From IMG/VR virus record IMGVR_UViG_2711768043_000005, positions 1 to 17,778 of that record: a stretch of 17,778 nucleotides of DNA. One strand, written 5' to 3'. Under the pieces are notes generated by a model. It was not told the DNA's origin. It made no database searches and saw only the letters and a list, made by a program, of their open reading frames with translations. The position numbers and the translations under genes were made by a program. Each line of letters starts with the position of its first letter. Positions within the stretch are counted from its first letter, which is position 1. Below are positions 1 through 7,265 of the stretch, one piece after another. This stretch comes from a virus (taxonomy: Duplodnaviria > Heunggongvirae > Uroviricota > Caudoviricetes).

Positions 1-255
1 GGATTACTGGCATCAACAGGGAGTACAGGCGACTCGTATGACAACGCGATGGCTGAGAGCATCAATGGTCTTTACAAAGCGGAGGTAATACACCGTAAGA
101 GCTGGAAAAACCGTGCAGAAGTGGAACTGGCCACACTAACGTGGGTGGACTGGTATAACAATCGACGATTGCTGGGAAGGCTGGGCCATACTCCTCCGGC
201 AGAAGCAGAAAAAGCTTATTATGCTTCCATCGGAAACGATGATCTGGCAGCCTGA
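1..255 (+). CDS. IS3-family transposase (OrfB/DDE), C-terminal fragment, 5' end outside the window
   Basis: Frame 1 is open from base 1 (GLLASTGSTGDSYDNAMAESINGLYKAEV...LGHTPPAEAEKAYYA), resembling the C-terminal end of IS3-family DDE transposases; stop at 253-255. Recognition by eye, no search. Confidence 0.7.
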   Translation, partial: GLLASTGSTGDSYDNAMAESINGLYKAEVIHRKSWKNRAEVELATLTWVDWYNNRRLLGRLGHTPPAEAEKAYYASIGNDDLAA

Positions 256-370
256 GTTCACAGATAAAACACTCTCCAGGAAACCCGGGGCGGTTCAAAG
301 CCCTTTAAAAGAGTCACCAAAATCAGGTGCTTTGTATCTATTGGGCCATCACATATCAAATCAAGGAACA
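1..370 (+). mobile_element. Right end of an IS3-family insertion sequence; exact right boundary not determined
   Basis: Transposase 3' end followed by about 100-130 bp of non-coding sequence before the phage lysis genes. The inverted repeat cannot be placed without the left end. Confidence 0.4.
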
Positions 371-384
371 AAACAAAGTTAACA

Positions 385-654
385 TCATTTTTTTTGCATG
401 ATGTGACCACGCTCAACTTCAATCCTTCTGATGTCAGCTTTATCGGTATTACACTGCGCCAATGCAGACAACAAGGCGACATTCAGATCTAAGCTCGAGC
501 CCCACGTAAAATGATCAGGTAAATCAGGCTGAGGGGTTTCAGCCGTCAGGCTGGCTGGTAACGGAACTACCGGAACCTGGACGTAAACTGTTCGCGTACT
601 TCCGCAACCGGTCAGCAGCGGCAGCAGGCACAGGACGTGAAGCACAATCATCAT
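385..654 (-). CDS. Rz1-like o-spanin (outer-membrane lipoprotein); start placed at MMIVL
   Basis: Signal peptide with lipobox LLTGC followed by a Pro-rich segment (VPVVPLP...PQPDLP). Lies in a different frame overlapping the 3' end of the Rz-like gene (overlapped spanin architecture). Confidence 0.5.
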   Translation of the reverse strand: MMIVLHVLCLLPLLTGCGSTRTVYVQVPVVPLPASLTAETPQPDLPDHFTWGSSLDLNVALLSALAQCNTDKADIRRIEVERGHIMQKK

Positions 655-931
655 CCGCAACAGCCACTTTGATATCTTCCTGGGTTCTCTGTGACTCCAG
701 TGCGATCTGCTGTTTTGCATGTTGATTCGCCTCCTGAATGATGTTCGTTATTGCCATAGTACGCAGAACATTCGCGGTGATAGCCTCAGTAGAATCAGCT
801 CGCTGTTCCGCAGCATCAGCACGCTTCTGCTCCTCCAGAAACTTTCCATGATAGTGATTCGCTGACCAGACAAGACCACCAGCGACACAAGCAATAAACG
901 TTAAAATGAGCGCCCAATAACTCATCTTCAT
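539..931 (-). CDS. Rz-like i-spanin
   Basis: N-terminal transmembrane helix (YWALILTFIACVAGGLVW) then a charged, Q/E/A-rich periplasmic segment. Sits immediately downstream of the endolysin with a 4-nt overlap. Confidence 0.55.
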   Translation of the reverse strand: MKMSYWALILTFIACVAGGLVWSANHYHGKFLEEQKRADAAEQRADSTEAITANVLRTMAITNIIQEANQHAKQQIALESQRTQEDIKVAVADDDCASRPVPAAAADRLRKYANSLRPGSGSSVTSQPDG

Positions 932-1542
932 ACCAGCAGCGCCGCCCGCGCCTTGTTGTATCGGACCTTACGATCCTCAATACCGTTCAAACCGCCGTTA
1001 ATGATGCGCGTAACACGGTTAATATCGGCACCGTAGATCATGCAACCTTTAGAGGTGTAGAACCATGCAGCTGAGCGCGCAGCCTGTAGTTCCTGTTCCA
1101 GTTGTTCAGGTGAAGTCACGAGATCTAACTTCAGCGCCGCGCCACAGATGCGATAATTATGGAGGCCAGTGATTTGAATTAATCCTCTACCACGATATTT
1201 CCAGCCATCACCTGGTGCTTTGTTACCCAGTCGGTTGCTATACACCAGATTGGCAATAGCATCCTGACGAGCTGCATGTCCGGATGTTCTGCCAAGGGCA
1301 TCAGCCTGCTGCTGTGTGATCCTCTTTCCGAACGTCGCCACAAGCGCAGATGGTGTGTAGTTAAGATTTTCAACTACGGCGCTAAACCCCATCGACTCAT
1401 GGCCTACCTGAGCGATAAACATTGCCTGATCCGCTGGTGCTGTAATGCCGAATTCCTTCATCGCCGCATCAATGTGCGGAAACCAGCGCGCAGCCAGCCC
1501 GGCGCTAATACCAGCCGCCTTTTGAAATAATTGTTGGTTCAT
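928..1542 (-). CDS. Endolysin, glycoside hydrolase family 19 (chitinase-like lysozyme)
   Basis: 204 aa; sequence resembles GH19 phage endolysins (by eye); located between holin-like and spanin genes. Confidence 0.75.
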   Translation of the reverse strand: MNQQLFQKAAGISAGLAARWFPHIDAAMKEFGITAPADQAMFIAQVGHESMGFSAVVENLNYTPSALVATFGKRITQQQADALGRTSGHAARQDAIANLVYSNRLGNKAPGDGWKYRGRGLIQITGLHNYRICGAALKLDLVTSPEQLEQELQAARSAAWFYTSKGCMIYGADINRVTRIINGGLNGIEDRKVRYNKARAALLV

Positions 1543-1823
1543 TAGTGCCTCAGATGATCAACCAGACGTGCAACGTTGCCTCTGACAGCCACCAGCACGG
1601 AAAGAAAAATAGTGTTCGCCACGATAATGGGCCATGAGGAATGGGGATAAATCCCACAGAGATAGGCCAACGGAACAGCACTGTATGTAACAGTAATCAG
1701 CCAGGCTAAACGTGAAACCCAAGGACGATGCCGCGAATCACCACGACGATAAAACATCAGAGTAATAACAACACAAGCACATAACAGCGCATTTATAGTT
1801 GCTGTCGGGTCATTTAGCTCCAC
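1542..1823 (-). CDS. Small membrane protein, possible holin or antiholin
   Basis: 93 aa with at least two hydrophobic helices; overlaps the endolysin start and the upstream holin-like gene end. Confidence 0.45.
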   Translation of the reverse strand: MELNDPTATINALLCACVVITLMFYRRGDSRHRPWVSRLAWLITVTYSAVPLAYLCGIYPHSSWPIIVANTIFLSVLVAVRGNVARLVDHLRH

Positions 1824-2196
1824 CTGAACCTCCCCGGCGCGTTATGAGCGCCACCAGCGAGCCGATATCCTGATTATTCAGGAACGTCAGGATTTTAACG
1901 GCTAAAGCAGAGACGATTACGGCACCAATAGCATCCAGAGGTTTATCACTGTATCCGGTCAAGTTCGCCAGCTTGGAGCCAACCAACCCAGAGCAAAGAA
2001 TCCCGGCAATATATGACACGATAAAATATGCCAGTCGGCGCGATGCACTCAGATCTGCAGCTGTTGCTATGTAGAATACAGCCCCTGCAAATGCGCCAAA
2101 TACAACGCCGTAATCAGTTCCGGTCAGCAGTCCATAAACACTGGCACCCGTCAGGGCACCACCAGCCAGCCCAGTACCGGAAATCGGATCGGACAT
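1810..2196 (-). CDS. Holin-like membrane protein
   Basis: 128 aa, Gly/Ala-rich with multiple transmembrane segments; strong RBS (AAGAGGGGG) before the ATG; first gene of the lysis cassette. Confidence 0.55.
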   Translation of the reverse strand: MSDPISGTGLAGGALTGASVYGLLTGTDYGVVFGAFAGAVFYIATAADLSASRRLAYFIVSYIAGILCSGLVGSKLANLTGYSDKPLDAIGAVIVSALAVKILTFLNNQDIGSLVALITRRGGSGGAK

Positions 2197-2237
2197 TTAG
2201 CCCCCTCTTAATTGCTGTTGGTCCTCTCAGAACGAGG

Positions 2238-2269
2238 GGAAACAAAAAAGGCCGCATTAAGGCGGCCTT
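2238..2269 (-). terminator. Rho-independent terminator (minus strand) after the 198-aa gene
   Basis: Perfect 8-bp stem AAGGCCGC/GCGGCCTT (2248-2255 / 2262-2269) with a 6-nt loop, followed on the minus strand by a T-run (plus-strand A-run 2244-2249). Confidence 0.6.
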
Positions 2270-2286
2270 GGTAAGGTATAGTTTTT

Positions 2287-2883
2287 TTAAGATAAACTTT
2301 GATTGATATACTCATGACACCCAAAAATAAAGGCGTTTTGTGCATCAATAAATGACTTTTTTTCTTCCGGAGTAAAATACCCTTTTGTAAAACATACTTT
2401 TAGCGCTTTTTGAAGATCTGCCGTCAGGGTTATCAACTTACAACCTTCCTCATCAGGCCTTATTAATAGAAGTAATTTATTTTTACTTATTTCAGCGGCC
2501 TTTATTGGAACTTGAATCTCCTCAGGGAAAACACCCTTAGCCAATATATCCATATTCTTATTTCCGACCAGATGCCATTGCTCAAATGTGCTGGCCAACA
2601 TAATTACGTCTGTCACATGCTCAGCGCCAGCAAAACGTATTTGTTGCGCCAATTCTTTATTAGTATTCAAGTGAGCCTGTAATGTGGCTAAGGCAAAATT
2701 TTCTTTGATTGCCCTGTATGCAACCCAACCAGTTATTCCTGCGGCAATAACGCCTGCAAGAGCAGTAATGAGTGTTTCAAAAGGAAAGGAAGAACTGATT
2801 TCAATTGGCGGTAATTTTTCTATTACCAAGGTCAACTCGCCAGTAGTTTTTTCGAAAGCGTACGGTACGTTTTGCCAAGTCAT
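2287..2883 (-). CDS. Hypothetical membrane-anchored protein (AT-rich insert between Q-like gene and lysis cassette)
   Basis: 198 aa; AGGAGG RBS 4 nt before the ATG; one predicted transmembrane helix (LITALAGVIAAGITGWVAYRAI); markedly lower GC than neighbours; flanked by terminator hairpins on both sides. Confidence 0.7.
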   Translation of the reverse strand: MTWQNVPYAFEKTTGELTLVIEKLPPIEISSSFPFETLITALAGVIAAGITGWVAYRAIKENFALATLQAHLNTNKELAQQIRFAGAEHVTDVIMLASTFEQWHLVGNKNMDILAKGVFPEEIQVPIKAAEISKNKLLLLIRPDEEGCKLITLTADLQKALKVCFTKGYFTPEEKKSFIDAQNAFIFGCHEYINQSLS

Positions 2884-2911
2884 GAAGCCTCCTGAGTTTC
2901 AGAGGAATCAT

Positions 2912-2938
2912 AACAAAAAAACCCGCTCAATGGCGGGC
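2912..2938 (-). terminator. tR'-like terminator downstream of the Q-like gene (minus strand)
   Basis: Stem CCCGC/GCGGG (2922-2926 / 2933-2937) with a 6-nt loop, followed on the minus strand by a run of 7 T (plus-strand A-run 2914-2920). Confidence 0.5.
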
Positions 2939-2989
2939 TCTTAATGTTGTGTTGCTCAGTTCGCTTTAACGTCCCGAGCCTACCACAAT

Positions 2990-3568
2990 TTAAGCACTTT
3001 CTTGCTCACTCTGCAACTTAAATCTGTCGCTATTTGTGCCGAATGCGTCACAAACTGGAGCGTACAGGATCGATTCTGCAAGACTTAGCCAAGTGTCAAT
3101 GCGTCGACGACAGGTGATCAGCGGCCAGTCAGGATGTTTAGCCTGCAGTTCATTGGCCATCTGCAACTTGCTCTTACGAAGACGATACCGGTCAACAATC
3201 ACGCTATAGAGCGATCGGTAGTCATCATTCATCAGTACTGAAGCAATGACACCGTCCACTAACAACCCTTCTTCATCTGAACAGAACGCCAGGCCGCTTT
3301 TATTTTTGCTGTTGAGAATTTCACGCAGGTACGCTTCAAGTTCAGGCTTGGTGATACCCGCTATCTTCATCCGGCGTAGCGCTTCATTGATAGCTGTCTT
3401 GGTGATTTTCCCGGATGCCAGAAGCTGGTTAAACATGTTTCCACCACTACCACCGCCGATATAAGACCAGCGGCCCCACATGCGCAACTTGCCTTGTATC
3501 CAGATACTTTCCAGAGTACGAAGGCGAACCATTTCACCTGATTTGCCAACTTCAGAAGGATTAATCAT
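2990..3568 (-). CDS. Q-like late-gene antiterminator (Phage_antitermQ-type), tentative
   Basis: 192 aa; position directly upstream of a terminator and the lysis genes and directly downstream of a DUF968 gene, as in Qin-type prophages. The call rests mainly on synteny. Confidence 0.5.
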   Translation of the reverse strand: MINPSEVGKSGEMVRLRTLESIWIQGKLRMWGRWSYIGGGSGGNMFNQLLASGKITKTAINEALRRMKIAGITKPELEAYLREILNSKNKSGLAFCSDEEGLLVDGVIASVLMNDDYRSLYSVIVDRYRLRKSKLQMANELQAKHPDWPLITCRRRIDTWLSLAESILYAPVCDAFGTNSDRFKLQSEQESA

Positions 3569-3582
3569 TTAGCATTCTCCAC

Positions 3583-4578
3583 TTACGCCAGTACGCCTAT
3601 TGCCAGCGCACGATCGATAAAACGAAATATCAGCTCCAGCTGGGAGCCATACTTCTCTTCAAATGCCACGGTATCCGCATGCAGCTCGTCGTGATGCTTT
3701 CTGCACAAAGGCAACACAAAGAGGTCATGCGCTTTTGTACCCATTCCACCCTGACCGTGGCCTATCAGGTGGTGGGGATCATCAGCAGGCTTTCCACAAC
3801 ATGCACACGGCTGTGTCTTAACCCAGCGCGTGTACTTTTCATTAACCCAGCGGCGACGTTTCGGGCGTAACATAAAAGACTCCGGCGACTCCGGATCCAC
3901 TTTCAGCGCTAGCACCTTTTTCGCTTTATCCTGGATGATGCTGGTGGCAGGAACCAAAGGCACAAGGTCACTTTCCCGGGTGACAGACGGCACAACAGGC
4001 TTCGGTAATCTCAGAGCCTTACGGGCTGCACTTTCCGGTAAGGCATCCGCCAGGTCATTACGAACCAGCCACCAGCACAGTTCCGGCATTGTCATAACGT
4101 GACTATCATCAAAACCGAGATCCCGACGCACGACAGACAACACCCAGCGAGCACAGTTATCCGTTGCCATTGATTCCAGCCGTTCCGTGAACTGATCGCG
4201 CAGCTGGTTATCGCAGTGCCAGCACAGACGGATTGCGCCCGGAGCGTGTCGCATTGTGGTCATGTTCTCGCTGTGCCAGTCGGAATGAGGCCACTGGCAG
4301 CCTTTTTCACGAAGTAACCAGCTTTCAAGACATTCCACGCCACCAGCACGACGGATCACTGCCTCATTGCGGAACACGGCCCGAACGGCAGGATCATCCG
4401 CCAGCGGTTGTGATGCAGCCGGAACGGCACCACTGGCGAAAGATGAATAACGTTCCGGCTCAGGCTCCAGCAGGACACGCCCCTGCATAAACAGGGGCAT
4501 CAGCTCTGAACCTGGCCTGAACAATACGATCCCCATACGCGGGGCAATTTCAGGGGTCAGTAGTGCTCTCACGGTCAC
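3583..4578 (-). CDS. DUF968-family protein with C-terminal Cys/His (HNH-like) motif, YdfU-like
   Basis: 331 aa; C-terminal CACCGK...HHLIGHGQGG...CRKHHDELH motif; GTG start 2 nt after the KilA-N gene stop. Confidence 0.7.
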   Translation of the reverse strand: MTVRALLTPEIAPRMGIVLFRPGSELMPLFMQGRVLLEPEPERYSSFASGAVPAASQPLADDPAVRAVFRNEAVIRRAGGVECLESWLLREKGCQWPHSDWHSENMTTMRHAPGAIRLCWHCDNQLRDQFTERLESMATDNCARWVLSVVRRDLGFDDSHVMTMPELCWWLVRNDLADALPESAARKALRLPKPVVPSVTRESDLVPLVPATSIIQDKAKKVLALKVDPESPESFMLRPKRRRWVNEKYTRWVKTQPCACCGKPADDPHHLIGHGQGGMGTKAHDLFVLPLCRKHHDELHADTVAFEEKYGSQLELIFRFIDRALAIGVLA

Positions 4579-4579
4579 C

Positions 4580-5389
4580 TCAATGAACGGTATCGAGCAG
4601 CTTTAACAGCTCAGGGAATCGGGATTCGAAGAAGTGCGGCTGCGTCTCGCGCGGATTTGCGGGACTGGTGATGTTCTTGCCGAACATGCAGCCTTTCGCT
4701 GTCAGCGACCAGAATTTTTTGATGTTGTTAATCGCGGTACGGCTGTATCGTTCGCGTTGTTCAACGATCCCCAGCTTCGCCATCTGGTGATATGCCTGAT
4801 TAGCCGTCAGGCGGATACCATACTGTTTCAGCAGTGCACTCAGCGACAGCGTAGGGCGACTTGAGCCATCAGGCGCGTCAGCAGGAGCATCAATGGCATA
4901 GCGTGGTGCCAGATTCGGTAAGCCAACAGCCTCCTGGAGTTTCTGACAGGCCCCAAGCACAGATGAGTTAGACAGGTTTAACTCCCGGCGCATAAAGTCC
5001 AGCAGAATCACGCCAGCCTGCATCTTGTCAGCAGCCTGTCCGGATAATTTTTCAGGTGCGCTGGTTACCATATCGAAAGTACGGATCACCTTCAGATGGA
5101 ATGACGGGCTGATCCACATTGCATAGGCATACACCAGTTCTTTGCAGACATACGTTCCCCGTTCATTTCCCCCATGAATCACACTCACCGGGTCAACACC
5201 CAAATTCTGGGTGTTGGTCAATTCATGAACAAGTTCAACAGTTTGTTGGCTGGAAAGAAACTTTCCTGGCTCCTTGGTTCTGGCATTTGCACCAGATGCT
5301 ACTGCTGCGCGATGCAGATCGTTCAGGCTGTAACGTCCATAAGCATCACGACGAACTTCAATACCATCAATGACCATCAGATTATTCAT
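4580..5389 (-). CDS. KilA-N domain protein (N-terminal KilA-N, C-terminal uncharacterized domain)
   Basis: Start placed at MNNLMVIDG, preceded by AGAGGAG RBS; N-terminal region matches the KilA-N DNA-binding domain pattern by eye. The computed ORF extends 11 codons further upstream with no RBS. Confidence 0.7.
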   Translation of the reverse strand: MNNLMVIDGIEVRRDAYGRYSLNDLHRAAVASGANARTKEPGKFLSSQQTVELVHELTNTQNLGVDPVSVIHGGNERGTYVCKELVYAYAMWISPSFHLKVIRTFDMVTSAPEKLSGQAADKMQAGVILLDFMRRELNLSNSSVLGACQKLQEAVGLPNLAPRYAIDAPADAPDGSSRPTLSLSALLKQYGIRLTANQAYHQMAKLGIVEQRERYSRTAINNIKKFWSLTAKGCMFGKNITSPANPRETQPHFFESRFPELLKLLDTVH

Positions 5390-5408
5390 ACTTCGTTTCT
5401 CCTCTTGA

Positions 5409-5798
5409 TCAGGCGGCTGCACCCGCCGTTTTCTCGTACTTACTGATAGTGATCTCGACCTTCCCTTCCGGGATAACCGGTCCCCACTCCACCAGCATTC
5501 TTTTCACCTGACTGTCGTCTTCCCACACCCCCGCGTGGGTCAGGGCGTCAAACAACGCCTTGTTATAGTTGTCCAGATCGCGGATCCTGTTATCCGGAGG
5601 AAACAACACGATCTCCACTGAAGCAGGTGCCGACGTTGGTTTCGGCAGACGACGTAACTGTTCAACTATTGCTGCGCACGCCGCGCTCTGAAATTTTCGC
5701 CCCGCCGCGCTTATCAGGCTCTTACCTGCAAACGCCCCTTTGTTGGGGTGTCGCCAGTACGTGTTCACGCTGGGCGGGAAAGGCAGGATCAGCTTCAT
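5409..5798 (-). CDS. rusA: Holliday-junction resolvase RusA
   Basis: 129 aa; sequence closely resembles E. coli RusA (conserved RDLDN motif); 4-nt ATGA overlap with the upstream gene. Confidence 0.85.
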   Translation of the reverse strand: MKLILPFPPSVNTYWRHPNKGAFAGKSLISAAGRKFQSAACAAIVEQLRRLPKPTSAPASVEIVLFPPDNRIRDLDNYNKALFDALTHAGVWEDDSQVKRMLVEWGPVIPEGKVEITISKYEKTAGAAA

Positions 5799-6121
5799 AC
5801 TTTCAGGCCCCTCTTATGTAACCAGTGGGTTGCACGCAGCCTGGCGTTTTCCTCACCGGCAAGCAGTGAGCGGATAATCCCGACCGCCTCGCTGTCGTCG
5901 TCCTTCACCGCGGTATGAAGCGTGATGCCCCGGGCCACGCCACGCTTTATCGTGATGACGCCTTTTTTCTCCAGTGCGCGAAGATGCTCCACCGCTGCAT
6001 TCACTGAACGGTATCCCAGCATGGTTGCCACCTCCTGATTGGTTGGCGGGAAGCCACGTTCTTTCTGATAAGAAATCAGCATATCCAGCACCTGCTGCTG
6101 GCATTGAGTTAACGTCGTCAT
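5795..6121 (-). CDS. LexA N-terminal DNA-binding-domain-like winged-helix protein, no S24 peptidase domain
   Basis: 108 aa; residues 1-70 align by eye with the LexA DNA-binding domain (LexA: ARQQEVFDLI...[36 protein letters not shown]; here: QCQQQVLDMLISYQKERGFPPTNQEVATMLGYRSVNAAVEHLRALEKKGVITI). Confidence 0.7.
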   Translation of the reverse strand: MTTLTQCQQQVLDMLISYQKERGFPPTNQEVATMLGYRSVNAAVEHLRALEKKGVITIKRGVARGITLHTAVKDDDSEAVGIIRSLLAGEENARLRATHWLHKRGLKV

Positions 6122-6771
6122 GCCGCCATCTCCCTGACCAGTTTTTCCGCCTGCTGGCGAACCTGCGCCAGAAAGGCCTCACCACATGCCTCAAGTTCAT
6201 CGCGCCCGATATAGCTGATTGCCGATCCCTTCCAGGTCTTATCGAAAACAGCAATAGCACCAGCGAAGAAAGCGCCTGTCGGCACCTGCTTCTCATCCTT
6301 CGGGATAAACCAGACAGGCAGTTCAAAACCAATACGCCCGCGAATAAAAGCAATATGGTCTGCATCTTCCGGCCACCACACTTCGCTGGTGGCAGCTTTG
6401 ATCAGGAAAACATAACGCCCGCCCTTATCACGCATGGCACTGGCATGTTTCATGATGTAACGCATGCCGGTGATGTATTGCCCCTCATGCTGACTGGCGC
6501 GGCTGTATGGGGGATTACCAAAGGCAGCACCTTTAAGCTCCGCAAGACGTTCTGACCAGTCATGCGCCAGCGCGTTGTCTTCCGCCGTGTAATACGCAGC
6601 ACATTTGGTGTTATCACCGTCAGTGAACAGATCCAGAACAAACGGGCCAAACAGGGTGTTAATTCCCCAGAAAATGTTGTCCGGCGTGCGCCACTGATCG
6701 CCCACTTCCTTCAGTTCATGGGCTGGTTTGTTCCGCAGTTCCACCAGCGCCTGGCAATATTTATTACTCAT
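6118..6771 (-). CDS. Phage N6-adenine DNA methyltransferase (Dam-like)
   Basis: FGNPPYS motif (the N/DPPY catalytic motif of amino-methyltransferases). ATG at 6771 forms a TAATG stop/start overlap with the upstream gene; the longer ORF (GTG at 6804) would overlap that gene. Confidence 0.8.
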   Translation of the reverse strand: MSNKYCQALVELRNKPAHELKEVGDQWRTPDNIFWGINTLFGPFVLDLFTDGDNTKCAAYYTAEDNALAHDWSERLAELKGAAFGNPPYSRASQHEGQYITGMRYIMKHASAMRDKGGRYVFLIKAATSEVWWPEDADHIAFIRGRIGFELPVWFIPKDEKQVPTGAFFAGAIAVFDKTWKGSAISYIGRDELEACGEAFLAQVRQQAEKLVREMAA

Positions 6772-7265
6772 TAAGCCCCCACGTAATTCCCTGACAGATA
6801 CCACTCTTCACCCGATGCAGCGCGCTTGCTGCTTTTCCGTAAGCACCGCTCACGACGCACCAGAAAATTGTTTCGTTCTGGCTGGGAGTGGCTTTCACGG
6901 AATGCCGCCATCCACACGGTTGCAGCACGACGGTATAAGCCCCTGGACTCCAGTTCTTCAGCCTGGCGGGTCAGGCACAAAATCACCCGGGTGTCGTTAG
7001 TGCCGACATAGAAATTGCGCACAGGTCTGGTTTCACGAACTGGTTGTGGTTCCGGCTCCTGCGCTCTCTCAGTCAGGCGCGGGAAATGTCTGCGTGTATC
7101 CCCTTCACAACGGTGAGCCACACGCCCACTCTGACGTAACTTGCTTGCTGACTGCAGAACGCGCTGCCGTGAGTAACCTGCAAAAGCATCCGCAATGTCT
7201 CCGGAAGTACACCCCGGATGGGCTTCAATGAATTTCTGAACGTCATTTAACAGACTCATGATCAC
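6771..7265 (-). CDS. Winged-helix plus PerC-like domain putative transcriptional regulator
   Basis: 164 aa; C-terminal segment RGLYRRAATVWMAAF...FLVRRERCL resembles the PerC/Pch family signature (GLWRRAA..W...L.RR..C) as recalled; 4-nt overlap with the upstream O-like gene. Confidence 0.5.
   Translation of the reverse strand: MIMSLLNDVQKFIEAHPGCTSGDIADAFAGYSRQRVLQSASKLRQSGRVAHRCEGDTRRHFPRLTERAQEPEPQPVRETRPVRNFYVGTNDTRVILCLTRQAEELESRGLYRRAATVWMAAFRESHSQPERNNFLVRRERCLRKSSKRAASGEEWYLSGNYVGA

Noticed and set aside
1179-1530. ORFs of 64 aa (minus) and 84 aa (plus) inside the endolysin gene
   Set aside because: They are nested in or antisense to the GH19 endolysin reading frame with no independent support.
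2939-2989. Search for a strong PR'-like late promoter between the Q-like gene and the tR'-like terminator
   Set aside because: Only weak -35/-10 candidates were seen, so no promoter feature is called here.
5853-6555. Overlapping ORFs of 170 aa (minus) and 193 aa (plus) across the methyltransferase and LexA-like genes
   Set aside because: They are alternative frames of confidently called, translationally coupled genes and have Arg/Gly-rich composition typical of out-of-frame GC-rich translation.
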